Shown piece after piece: positions 31,916-40,653 of a stretch of DNA of 42,995 bases. The stretch is from a virus (Duplodnaviria; Heunggongvirae; Uroviricota; Caudoviricetes). Location: positions 1 through 42,995 of IMG/VR virus record IMGVR_UViG_2874920711_000002. One strand, 5' to 3'. Below the pieces are notes generated by a model. The model was not told the DNA's origin. It worked only from the letters and a program-made list of their open reading frames with translations, and did not search any database. The position numbers were made by a program, and so were the translations under genes. How positions within the stretch are numbered: position 1 is the stretch's first letter; every line of letters starts with the position of its first letter.

Positions 31916-33303
31916 TCAAAAGAAACGCTCCATCTTACTGCTGTCAGTTCGTTTATTACTGTATCTGCGCGGATTGCCGGGCTTCATGGGAGTGGAAAGC
32001 ACCCGTGCACTTTCCTGGTCCACAGGCAGAAAATGTCCGTTATAAAAACGCCGGTAAATCGTTCCCAGAGAACCGTTACGTTGTTTCGTGATATTGATTT
32101 CTGCGATGCCCCTGGCCTGCGTATCCGGGTTGTACACTTCATCCCTGTAAAGCATCAGAATGATGTCTGCATCCGCCTCTATTTCTCCGGAATTTTTCAG
32201 GTCTGAGTTCATGGACGTTTATTGGGTCTGGACTCCACACCGCGGGAGAGCTGGCTCAGCGCAATCAACGGAAAACCACCGGATTTTGCCAGGCCTTTAA
32301 GCCCTTTGAGATTTCACCCACGGCAAGGTCATGACGCCCGTGGTTCGGGTTTTTATCAGCCCGAGATAATCAACCACCACCAGCGCCGTTTCCGGATATT
32401 TAATCAGGTGGTGTTTCGTTGTTGCGCATATCTCATCAATGGCCAGGTTCGCCTGGTCCACCATCCAGATATTGCGCCCGGTCATCCGCCCCACCCCTTG
32501 CGAGAAACGCGCCCAGTCTTCATCTTCAAAGTGAGCCACAGATTTCAGGCGTGATACTGGCATCCCTCCAGCCGCAGACACCATACGTTCACCAATCTGG
32601 ATGTTCGCCATCTCCATGGTGAACAGAAGCACACCATGCCCTGCTCAGTCACCTTGTCGATGATGTCCAGCGCAAGTTCGGTTTTCCCCATCGAAGGACG
32701 GGCGGCAATGAATACCAGGTCTCAGGGCTCCATACCGCCTGTTTTTGCGTCCAGTTCATCAATACCGGTCATCAACGTCCTGGATTTCTCCAGCCCCTGA
32801 TTCCGGCATTCAACACGCTCAACCACTTCCGGAAGCACATCATCAATATGTACCGGCTGAATGACGCCCTTTCCTGTCGACAGTGTGACCATCATGTTCT
32901 GCGCATCCTTCAGGGCATCTTCAGCTGCTTCACAGGTATGCGCATCACGTAATTTCTGCAGCACCTCATTCAGTGTTTTTTCTGCATCGCGCAGTGCGGC
33001 ATTGCGCCGCAACGCTGCAACATAGTGCTCCAGTGAAGACTTCACCCAGGTTTTACGCCCGGTATCAGTAATCACCGGGGCAAGTTCCGGCATCTCATTA
33101 CACAACAGCACGGGGTCAATCACTCCTGAAACACGGGCCTGTCTGCAGATGCCTGTATAGATATCCTGATACGCTCGTACAGAAAAAACGTCCGCTGGCA
33201 GTGTGGCCAGAATATCCATCACTTCAGGATCTGCTCCGCGCAGAAAGAACGCGCCGATGACAGCGCCTTCAAGGTCATCGTTACGCCATACTGGAGTTGT
33301 CAT
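31916..33303 (-). CDS. DnaB-like replicative helicase, frameshifted into three ORFs
   Basis: ORFs 32722-33303 (N-terminal domain), 32297-32632 (…[11 protein letters not shown]…) and 31916-32212 (…[12 protein letters not shown]…[16 protein letters not shown]…) carry DnaB motifs in order. Confidence 0.8.
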
Positions 33304-34186
33304 GCAGCCACACCTCTGATACGAGAACGGTAACTGGGCCAGTTAAACGACAACCAGTTGCGTCCCCGTCTGTGATCCTGTCGGCAATTCGGGGACTGAT
33401 GAACGCCCACAACTCTTCCGGTGAGAGGTTACTGATCAGAATGGTGGGCAAGATACTTTCGTACCTGGCGTTGATAATTTCCTGCAAAATAGCCATTTCA
33501 GCCGCGCTGCCAAACTGAACGCCAACTTCGTCGATGATCAGCAAATCCATTGACGCATAACGCTCAATAACTTCATCCGCTGTTTTTTCGCTGTCATTCC
33601 GCCAGCAATTTTTCACAGCACGGGTAAGGCGCATCACGTCGGTGATCTCCACACTGGCCAGATAGTTACGGATGATGTGTTTTGCCATTGATACCGCCAG
33701 ATGATTTTTCCCGGTTCCGCAACTACCGGTCATAACAAGACTGGTACCGTTCTCCAGCATATCTGGCCAGTTCTCCGCATAGCGGCGACAGGCCGCAAGA
33801 TTCCTGGCTGCGTCAGGATTAACCTCCAGATAATTATCAAACTCGCAGTCCCGAAAACGCAGGGCAATTCCGGCGTTATCAGTCAGCTCTTCCGCCTTGA
33901 TGGACGACAGCTCCATGGTCAAATCGTTGGCCTCAGCGATTAAGCAGTCAGGGCAGCATGAAATTTTTTCTCTGTCCTCGCCATTACGATCGCTCCACAC
34001 CAGTATATGCGTGTGATATTCGCCATGTTTTTCGCAATATCCGCGACCTTCACGCATCAGGCAGGAACGATAAGGCCATGGCTTTTCGCCCTTCTGAGCA
34101 AATGCAATCTCTGCCCGTAACTCATCCATTCGCGCCTGTAGTCTTTTTTGTTGTTCACGCAGGTTAAACGTCATCATCGCTGTCAC
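33281..34186 (-). CDS. DnaC/IstB-like AAA+ helicase loader
   Basis: Walker A GSCGTGKNHLA and Walker B LLIIDEVG; N-terminal Cys/His cluster; position between replisome organizer and helicase. Confidence 0.75.
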   Translation of the reverse strand: MTAMMTFNLREQQKRLQARMDELRAEIAFAQKGEKPWPYRSCLMREGRGYCEKHGEYHTHILVWSDRNGEDREKISCCPDCLIAEANDLTMELSSIKAEELTDNAGIALRFRDCEFDNYLEVNPDAARNLAACRRYAENWPDMLENGTSLVMTGSCGTGKNHLAVSMAKHIIRNYLASVEITDVMRLTRAVKNCWRNDSEKTADEVIERYASMDLLIIDEVGVQFGSAAEMAILQEIINARYESILPTILISNLSPEELWAFISPRIADRITDGDATGCRLTGPVTVLVSEVWLHDNSSMA

Positions 34187-34187
34187 C

Positions 34188-35102
34188 TCAGAATGTCAGT
34201 TTGTCACTGGATTTACCGAATTTGTCAGACATGGCTCCCAGGCCAGCCAGGACATCGACCTGTCGCTGTCGCCCACCTCCGGGAGCGGCTGGCTGTTGCC
34301 AGAAGTCTTCGAAGTGACGATCGGGTCCAAAGAACGTCGCAGCCTGCTTCACGAACTGTGTGCCGGTATTTCCTGTGGCACGTACCCAGGCAGCATAGCG
34401 TTTCACGCCATCAAGCATGGCTTCAGGTTTTATTCCCTCCCTGAGCCGGGCTTTCCAGGCTTTGAAGGCTGCGGATTTTGAGTTACCACCAGCACGTTTT
34501 GGATATTCCTGCCAGGCCTGTTCAAATTCCGGTGAATATTCCTGTCGGGCAGAACGCGCTGGTGCAGACGCGTCAGCGGATGCGCCAATAGTGTTTTTAC
34601 TCTCTGTAGTATTCTCTGAAGTAATCTCTGTTGTATTCTCTGTAAGATCGAAATTGGTTTTCCCTTCTCCGCGGCGAGGGGTTTCCCGTGTCCGCGGTGA
34701 AGGCTTTCCCTCCTCCGCGAAATTGGGTTTTACAGTTTCCCGAAAACGGGTTTCCCCATTTCGGGAAAACTGATTGTTTTCATTGATAATTTCATTAAGG
34801 CGCTCACAATCTATACGGTAGAACATTTTGTGCTCAAGACGCTTGTTGGTTTCAACCAAAATGCCTCTGGACACAAGATGCTTACGCGCTACAGCCTGTT
34901 GTTCAAATGTAAGTCCGGTTTCGTGTTGTATCTCTTCACGCGTTTTATGTACGCCTTCCGCTGCATGTGCTTTATCCTGCCAGTAAAAAATCTGACCAAA
35001 GAAAATAACAGCGTGCGGACTTCCCATGTATTTAACGAGCCCAGGGTAATAAGCAACCGGATGTCCAAAATCGAGCAGAAGATCAGACGGACGCATAGCC
35101 AC
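34188..35102 (-). CDS. Replisome organizer / replication initiation protein (O-like)
   Basis: N-terminal region (…IFFGQIFYWQDKAH…TREEIQHETGLTFEQQAVARKHLVSRGILVE…) resembles the phage replisome-organizer domain; direct repeats (iterons) lie inside the gene. Confidence 0.65.
   Translation of the reverse strand: MAMRPSDLLLDFGHPVAYYPGLVKYMGSPHAVIFFGQIFYWQDKAHAAEGVHKTREEIQHETGLTFEQQAVARKHLVSRGILVETNKRLEHKMFYRIDCERLNEIINENNQFSRNGETRFRETVKPNFAEEGKPSPRTRETPRRGEGKTNFDLTENTTEITSENTTESKNTIGASADASAPARSARQEYSPEFEQAWQEYPKRAGGNSKSAAFKAWKARLREGIKPEAMLDGVKRYAAWVRATGNTGTQFVKQAATFFGPDRHFEDFWQQPAAPGGGRQRQVDVLAGLGAMSDKFGKSSDKLTF
34656..34770. repeat. Putative origin iterons inside the replication initiator gene
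   Basis: Five tandem ~23-bp direct repeats of the form GGGTTTCCCnnnTCCGCGGnGAA, preceded by short GTATTCTCTG-type repeats (34600-34650) and followed by an AT-rich stretch (34771-34800). Confidence 0.5.
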
Positions 35103-35271
35103 CTCCCAGGCGTTTAAACATTTTTCCGGACTGAAACGCCACCAGCGGATAACTCAGGGTATGAGTACGTCCCTGAACCTGGCAGACAACCTTCTGGCTT
35201 TCTGTATTGACCAGGCAAACCCGCAGAACGTGGCCGTTGCTGGTGGTGAACCACTGCCCCACTCGGGGCAA
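35083..35271 (-). CDS. Hypothetical small protein
   Basis: 62-aa ORF overlapping the replisome organizer start; no recognisable motif. Confidence 0.25.
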   Translation of the reverse strand: MPRVGQWFTTSNGHVLRVCLVNTESQKVVCQVQGRTHTLSYPLVAFQSGKMFKRLGGGYASV

Positions 35272-35311
35272 CGGTTGTATCGGTGATACAGGGAATTAAC
35301 GATGTGGCGGA

Positions 35312-35860
35312 TCATGGGCGCCCCTCCTTGTCAGAACCATTCAGTCTGGAATCAACAAGTGCAGCACCAAAAACAGCATCACCTACACGGTCGTACAGTT
35401 TGCCAGCCAGCGGAGACTCAACGGCCTTAAGCATTGGATAAAGCTGGCTTATCCAGATTTGATGCAGGTATACGCCTCTGGCGTTTCGTGCGACAGCTGA
35501 CATATCAGACGCATCGGCACCTGATAAACTCTTCTCCATCAGGTTAAAGGCGTTGATGTATGCCTCTTTGAAGCGGGCAGCACGTTTGCCAGTGAAGCCC
35601 ATTGCCAGGAATGCGAAGCCGTCGCGGGTGATGTGGTAGCAAGGAAGTTTGCGAGTACCGCCGTTGGGCTGGTGTACCAAAATTGATGTCTCCGCAAAAT
35701 TGCGGGCACAAAACTCTGGAGAACAATCCAAAATGCGGATCTTTTTCAGAACATCGTCATGACGTTTAGAGAAGAAGTCAGCAACAGCCAGAGATGAAGT
35801 AACAGCCTGACCATCAACGATGGCAATTTCAGGTTGAGAGAGGGTTGGGAGTGTAGTCAT
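35312..35860 (-). CDS. Rha-family phage regulatory protein
   Basis: Starting at MTTLPTLSQPEIAIVDGQAVTSSLAVADFFSKRHDDVLKKIRIL…, which fits the Rha N-terminal signature (TSSL, KRH, NVL, IR); the 615-aa ORF in the track over-extends upstream. Confidence 0.65.
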   Translation of the reverse strand: MTTLPTLSQPEIAIVDGQAVTSSLAVADFFSKRHDDVLKKIRILDCSPEFCARNFAETSILVHQPNGGTRKLPCYHITRDGFAFLAMGFTGKRAARFKEAYINAFNLMEKSLSGADASDMSAVARNARGVYLHQIWISQLYPMLKAVESPLAGKLYDRVGDAVFGAALVDSRLNGSDKEGRP

Positions 35861-36172
35861 GGTGACAGCCCCTATGTTGAATTCAAAGAACTCACCACAT
35901 GGGACGCCAATCACAGAGGTGGTGAGACGTACAGGGTTGGCGTAACCGGTCAACATAGAACCCGGCGCATCTTGCGATGCCCCTGCACGCCCCACCATAA
36001 TTTGGGCGTAGCAATGCTCATGACACGAAAAAACCGCATGAGCGCGGTTATGCTCTATATTGAATTTCAGGACGCCAATCCCGGCACCCGCTTTATAAGG
36101 TGCAGAGACAGTGTAACGTCCCGGACTTGCAGAATCAATATCAAAATGTTGTAGCTGTGGACAACGCGAAGC

Positions 36173-36196
36173 CTTGTTGTTATTGTTTACAACAAG
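36173..36196 (+). promoter_or_regulatory. Perfect 8-bp inverted repeat upstream of the plus-strand cassette
   Basis: CTTGTTGT-tattgttt-ACAACAAG, 19 bp upstream of the ORF1 ATG, with another ACAAC at 36161. Confidence 0.4.
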
Positions 36197-36214
36197 AACC
36201 AGAGGAAGCTTTAA

Positions 36215-36502
36215 ATGCCATCCAGACTGTATAAACAGTTCATCCGTCATCTCGGTGAATCTGAATACATACGAATCCGCATATGGGAAGTGGAGCCTGC
36301 TGTATTGGGTAGCCAGCACAACTACAAATACAGCATGGCTTATGTCGTTGATGGCATGTGTGTGATGCGTTACGACAACGAACGGGGTAAAGGCGATCAC
36401 AAACACATTGGTAGTCAGGAAGTCAGCACCAGCTTTGTCACCATTGAACAACTGCTCGCTGATTTTCTGGCTGACGTTGAATCCATCCGCAGAGGTATCT
36501 GA
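36215..36502 (+). CDS. Hypothetical protein, first gene of a two-gene cassette
   Basis: 95-aa ORF with AGAGGAAG Shine-Dalgarno 6 nt upstream; protein-like composition (…GSQHNYKYSMAYVVDGMCVMRYDNERGKGDHKHIGSQE…); its stop is 1 nt from the next start. Confidence 0.5.
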   Translation: MPSRLYKQFIRHLGESEYIRIRIWEVEPAVLGSQHNYKYSMAYVVDGMCVMRYDNERGKGDHKHIGSQEVSTSFVTIEQLLADFLADVESIRRGI

Positions 36503-36503
36503 C

Positions 36504-36863
36504 ATGAGAACCGTAACAATCCGAATCGAGTCAATGGATAATTTCACGGCTGATGTGCTGTCTGCGTTCCAGGAAGCAGCTACCGGAGCAAAAGCAACCA
36601 GAGAAAACGTTATTTCATTTCCTGACTGGCAAATGATGCATAAGGTACTGACACCAAAACGCATGGACATTCTGATGGCAATGACTGGTGCCGGAGAAAT
36701 GTCCATCCGAAAAATTGCAGCCCTGGTTGGACGTGATGTAAAAAGCGTGCATACTGACGTGACCGCACTCATCAGCAACGGTTTACTGGAAAAAAGCGAG
36801 CGCGGAACGTCATTCCCGTATGACGACATCCACTTTGATTTTACGCTGGGCAAGGCGGCGTAA
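36504..36863 (+). CDS. Putative winged-helix transcriptional regulator, second gene of the cassette
   Basis: 119 aa; …KRMDILMAMTGAGEMSIRKIAALVGRDVKSVHTDVTALISNGLLEK… looks like a MarR/ArsR-type winged HTH. Confidence 0.55.
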   Translation: MRTVTIRIESMDNFTADVLSAFQEAATGAKATRENVISFPDWQMMHKVLTPKRMDILMAMTGAGEMSIRKIAALVGRDVKSVHTDVTALISNGLLEKSERGTSFPYDDIHFDFTLGKAA

Positions 36864-37080
36864 TTTTTCGTATATACCGTGCCGTCATTCCGGCGGCGCT
36901 TCACACTCCACAAAATCACGCCTGAACAACCACAACGGGCTGAAACATTCATATGGATAACCATCACGCAGATAAATAACCCGCTGTGTTTCAGGCTCCC
37001 AGCGTATAACGTGGACGCGGCGCCCTCTGCCATCACGGAACCAGCGATTGAGGACTTGCATAAATTACCCGTAAACATCG

Positions 37081-37794
37081 TCACACCTGCCAGCCAGTAG
37101 CCTGAAACAGGCCCATTCTCGGGTGATACCAGCGGGTACCACGCTGAACGGCACCACACATCATGTGATGAAACGCCTTCAGAAACGGTTCCACAGCAAC
37201 AATTTCACGACGTGCCAGTAATCCATCTGGCGTCAAAAATTCATGAGTGTCTGTCGGGATGTTGTATACATTTACAAGCGTGCGACATTTCGCATCTGAC
37301 ATACCGGTTTTTGCTTTCAGCTGGCGATATCCGGCATAGCCCTCACGAATGGTACCCTTTTTGATTTGCTCAACTGTTTCGGCAACATGGCTGACTTTTT
37401 CTTCCACCTGAGTGATCCGTTTCTGCTGGCGAACGGCTTCAAGAGCCATCGCGGCAACCATTTCGATTTCGCTCATTGGTTTGCGCACCTGCTCTTCCAG
37501 TTCGCGCCAACGATCTACCAGGCGGGCAGTGAATTCCGGGCAAAGTTGTGCGACGACAATGATGCTGTCGCGTTTGCCTTGTTCGCCTTCGAAAATATAT
37601 GCGTTTGTGAATTTGTTTTGGCTAAATGATTGTTCGTTCTCAACTTTTTGCATTGCAGGAAGTTGAATCACCCCGCGTTTTGCCAGACGCTCTATTGATA
37701 TTCTGACATTGCCGTGTTGACTTCCAACCAGCTCTGCGATTTCAACGCTGGTCATGGATACTTTGTCGTTAAAAATTGCGGTGTTCACTGCCAT
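37081..37794 (-). CDS. Rha-family phage regulatory protein (second paralog)
   Basis: MAVNTAIFNDKVSMTSVEIAELVGSQHGNVRISIERLAKRG… fits the Rha N-terminal signature. Confidence 0.6.
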   Translation of the reverse strand: MAVNTAIFNDKVSMTSVEIAELVGSQHGNVRISIERLAKRGVIQLPAMQKVENEQSFSQNKFTNAYIFEGEQGKRDSIIVVAQLCPEFTARLVDRWRELEEQVRKPMSEIEMVAAMALEAVRQQKRITQVEEKVSHVAETVEQIKKGTIREGYAGYRQLKAKTGMSDAKCRTLVNVYNIPTDTHEFLTPDGLLARREIVAVEPFLKAFHHMMCGAVQRGTRWYHPRMGLFQATGWQV

Positions 37795-37907
37795 CTCCTT
37801 ACGGATAAATTCTTTTAAGATTCCGCACATTCGTACTTGTTGGTGCCGAACCATCCTTCAGTTATCCTTTTGATCCCTATAAACAAAAGAACCAAAGGAG
37901 GTTCGAC

Positions 37908-38201
37908 ATGAAAGTTCAGGCCGTTGGTTTATTCTGGTTTCGCGATGCGATTCAGTATCATGAGCTCAAAAATATTTTTACTGATGCTGATGTGCTCTCC
38001 GACAGTTACACCGAGTGGAAACACGACGCTGAAAAATTGATTAAGCGTGTCGAAAGAAGCGGGCAACGAGTTATTAAAGTTGAAGCGGATACAGCCGAGT
38101 TCATCGCCTGGTGCACAAGCGAAGGCATTGGAATCAATGCCGAAGGTAGAATGCAGTTCGCATCCTTTAAGGCTTACCAACAACTTCTCAGCGAACGCTA
38201 G
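37908..38201 (+). CDS. Hypothetical protein
   Basis: 97-aa ORF with strong AAAGGAGG Shine-Dalgarno 6 nt upstream; hydrophilic composition; the stop codon is formed at the junction with the IS5-family element. Confidence 0.4.
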   Translation: MKVQAVGLFWFRDAIQYHELKNIFTDADVLSDSYTEWKHDAEKLIKRVERSGQRVIKVEADTAEFIAWCTSEGIGINAEGRMQFASFKAYQQLLSER

Positions 38202-39115
38202 GCTGTGTCCCTTAATTACGTAAGCGTTGATAAAAGAGTCGGATGCAGCCCAGTTTCACCATCGCCAGGTAATTTCTCGCCGTTTTGTCGTAACGCGTGG
38301 CGATGCGGCGATATTCTTTCAGCCGCCCAAAGCACCGTTCAACGATATTACGATTGCAGTACGCATCACGATCAAGCTGTGCACGTCCATCCGATGCCAT
38401 TTTCTCATTTGACTTTCGGGGATTACTGCCTTTATACCGTTATTTTTCAGCTCGTTGCGCAATGCGCGCCCTGAATACGCTTTATCAGCCAGTACCGCAT
38501 GTCCACGGCGTTTCATGCTGCCGTTCTGACGCTGAACGCCAATCCCGTCCAGAAGTCGTTGCGCGAACTGGCTTTCATGAGCTTGTCCGGGGCTTAGCAC
38601 GATATTTAACGGGAGGCCACTTCCGTCTGTTGCCAGATGGATTTTGGTGCCAAAACCGCCGCGAGAGCGACCCAGCCCATTATCTCCGTCGATATCGGGA
38701 TGTTTTTTTGAGCACCGGCGGCACATTTCAGCGCCCGGATATTACTGCCATCCAGCGCGGTGGCAGACCAGTCAATAAAGCCGTTTGCATCAAGTAGCGA
38801 AAGCAACCTGTTGAAAATAATATTAATCACGCCTGACTTTGACCATCGGTTAAAGCGGTTATAAACAGTTTTCCATGACCCATATCGTTCGGGTAAATCG
38901 CGCCATGGTGCACCGGAACATAACACCCAGAACATGCCATTGATGATTTTACGGTGCTCAGCCCATGGGCGTCCGGCCCGTGGTGTGGCGGGTTCAGGAG
39001 GTAACAGGGGCTTGATGATGGTCCATGCCTCATCGGGAAGGTCGTAGCGAGCCATAGTTCAATATGTTGTGTAAACAGACAGTTACTATAGCTCAGATGA
39101 TTAAGGGACACAGCC
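38201..39115 (-). mobile_element. IS5-family insertion sequence (IS427/IS1031-like), about 915 bp
   Basis: Terminal inverted repeats GGCTGTGTCCCTTAAT (38201-38216) and its reverse complement (39100-39115), each flanked by TA; encloses transposase ORFs. Confidence 0.7.
38212..39055 (-). CDS. IS5-family DDE transposase, in three frames
   Basis: ORFs 38606-39055 (MARYDLPDEAWTIIKPLLPP…WRDLPERYG…), 38319-38726 and 38212-38400 (…RIATRYDKTARNYLAMVKL…) together make one transposase of about 280 aa. Confidence 0.7.
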
Positions 39116-39188
39116 TAATGTGATTGGGGCAATCGAAATTGTTGCCCCATCGTATTTAATAGTTATTTTTTCGCTCATATCACCACCA

Positions 39189-39398
39189 TCACTTCTCATC
39201 CTCTGTGTGCGCTAAGCTTGGATGTGTATATGGAATGTTCGGATCCAGATGGCAGAGAATGGCAACATCCTCCGGAACGCCCCGCGTTTTCCACTTTCCA
39301 ACTCCCTGACTACCACGAGGCTTTCCTTTCTTTGGGAACCTGCGGCCAATAGCGGCATTGGTTTTAAATTGAGTTTTTAATATTTCATAAAGGGTCAT
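39189..39398 (-). CDS. Putative Cro-like regulator
   Basis: 69-aa ORF divergent from cI at the head of the minus-strand early operon; contains a …GKWKTRGVPEDVA… motif reminiscent of Cro/YdaS-type HTH proteins; possibly frameshifted. Confidence 0.35.
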   Translation of the reverse strand: MTLYEILKTQFKTNAAIGRRFPKKGKPRGSQGVGKWKTRGVPEDVAILCHLDPNIPYTHPSLAHTEDEK

Positions 39399-39509
39399 TC
39401 TTTAGCCTCACACCGGATACTCTGTTATCCAAGAATGTTAAACATGAGAATCCAAAGTATCAAGACATTCTGTTACTTTAGTATCAGCAGCCATGAAAGG
39501 AGAAGAAAA
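39399..39509. promoter_or_regulatory. Divergent immunity promoter/operator region
   Basis: cI-cro intergenic region with repeated AGTATCA motifs (39456, 39480), a GGATAC…GTTATCC palindrome (39415-39430) and ATGTTAAACAT. Confidence 0.45.
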
Positions 39510-40166
39510 ATGAAATCTTTAGGTGAACGCCTCATCAACGCACGACAAAAAGCTGGGTTAACGCAAGATGCGTTGGCTAAAAAAGCTGGGGTCACCAGAG
39601 TTGCAATCAGTAAAGCCGAGCAAGGTCTTACAAAAAGTTTCAACGGTGACACGCTTTTTAAAGTCGCAGCGGCACTGCAGTGTTCACCGCAGTGGCTTCA
39701 GAACGGAGATGAAAAAGGTAAGTATTGGGAAAATAATGTTAAGAGCTGTCCCCAGAGAGACACAGCACACTCTTACCCTGTAATTAACTGGGTTCAGGCA
39801 GGATTATTCGCAACTGCAGGTGATGACTACAACATGTATGATCAGGATAATTGGAGGCATTCTGTAAAATACGCTGGTGAGAGGGGCTTCTGGCTGGAAG
39901 TACACGGAGACTCAATGACTTCGCCTATAGGAATAACATTTCCTGAAGGAATGTCGATCCTTGTCAATCCAGATAAAGAAGTTTTTTCAGGGTGTTACGT
40001 CATCGCCAGAAAAAAATCCACCAATGAAGCAACATTCAAAAAATATATTTCTGAAATGGGGAAGGCGTTTCTAAAGCCCCTTAATCCACAATATCCCATC
40101 ATAGAAATGGACAATGATTGCGAAATAGTAGGTGTTGTGGTTGATGCCAGGTGGGATATTTTCTGA
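39510..40166 (+). CDS. cI: CI-type repressor (N-terminal HTH, C-terminal LexA/S24 autopeptidase)
   Basis: MKSLGERLINARQKAGLTQDALAKKAGVTRVAISKAEQG… then …GDSMTSPIGITFPEGMSILVNPDKEV…FKKYISEMGKAFLKPLNPQYPIIEMDNDCEIVGVVVDARW…, closely parallel to the lambda CI C-terminal domain; GAAAGGAG ribosome-binding site. Confidence 0.85.
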   Translation: MKSLGERLINARQKAGLTQDALAKKAGVTRVAISKAEQGLTKSFNGDTLFKVAAALQCSPQWLQNGDEKGKYWENNVKSCPQRDTAHSYPVINWVQAGLFATAGDDYNMYDQDNWRHSVKYAGERGFWLEVHGDSMTSPIGITFPEGMSILVNPDKEVFSGCYVIARKKSTNEATFKKYISEMGKAFLKPLNPQYPIIEMDNDCEIVGVVVDARWDIF

Positions 40167-40188
40167 CCAGATACAAAAAGAAACCAAA

Positions 40189-40220
40189 GTATCAAAAGCT
40201 ACTTGCCATGCTTTGATACC
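40189..40220. promoter_or_regulatory. OL-like inverted repeat downstream of cI
   Basis: AGTATCAAAAGC-tacttgccat-GCTTTGATACC, carrying the same GTATCA core as the upstream operator region. Confidence 0.35.
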
Positions 40221-40262
40221 TTAGTTACCATGAAACAAAGTTCGTAACTGGGGTATCATCTC

Positions 40263-40625
40263 ATGATCAATAAAGCTACAACTCTTGACTGTCTCGAAGA
40301 ACTGAAAAACCTCGGCAGCCTCATTACACTAATAGCAAAAGCAACACCAGATGCTACGCTCTCTAGCGATATAGAGTCATGCGCAGGACTGGCATGGGAT
40401 ATGACAAATAGCATATCCAGAAAGCTATCGTCAGCAATGCTTTTACAGAACAAAAATTCTGCAATCAACAACCGTCTTCGCACCCAACGCGAAGCCTGCG
40501 GCTTAACAACCGCCGAACTCGCCAGGCTGCTCGATCTCGATGAAGAAGTCATCATCCAGTGGGAGAGCGGAGAGTATGAACCAACTATCAGTATGCTTAT
40601 CCCACTGGCAAATATTCTTGGCTGA
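40263..40625 (+). CDS. Hypothetical protein with C-terminal XRE-type HTH
   Basis: 120 aa; C-terminal …NNRLRTQREACGLTTAELARLLDLDEEVIIQWESGEYEPTISMLIPLANILG is an XRE-family HTH; N-terminal 70 aa unknown; the stop falls where HTH domains usually continue. Confidence 0.5.
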   Translation: MINKATTLDCLEELKNLGSLITLIAKATPDATLSSDIESCAGLAWDMTNSISRKLSSAMLLQNKNSAINNRLRTQREACGLTTAELARLLDLDEEVIIQWESGEYEPTISMLIPLANILG

Positions 40626-40653
40626 GATCCGATGTGGCTGTTAACTGGCGCGG

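Noticed and set aside
35834-36154. 106-aa plus-strand ORF in the Rha/cassette intergenic region
   Set aside because: Cys/Arg/His-rich product without ribosome-binding site, overlapping the Rha start; the region more likely holds the divergent promoters.
35312-37159. 615-aa minus-strand ORF spanning the Rha gene and the whole region upstream of it
   Set aside because: Only the last 182 codons (35312-35860) look like a real protein (Rha family). The rest is antisense to the well-formed plus-strand cassette (36215-36863) and has Ser/Cys-rich, antisense-like composition; it is a chance open frame.
37929-38183. 84-aa minus-strand ORF antisense to the plus-strand gene at 37908-38201
   Set aside because: The plus-strand ORF has a consensus ribosome-binding site and more protein-like composition; the minus ORF is kept only as an alternative noted in the findings.
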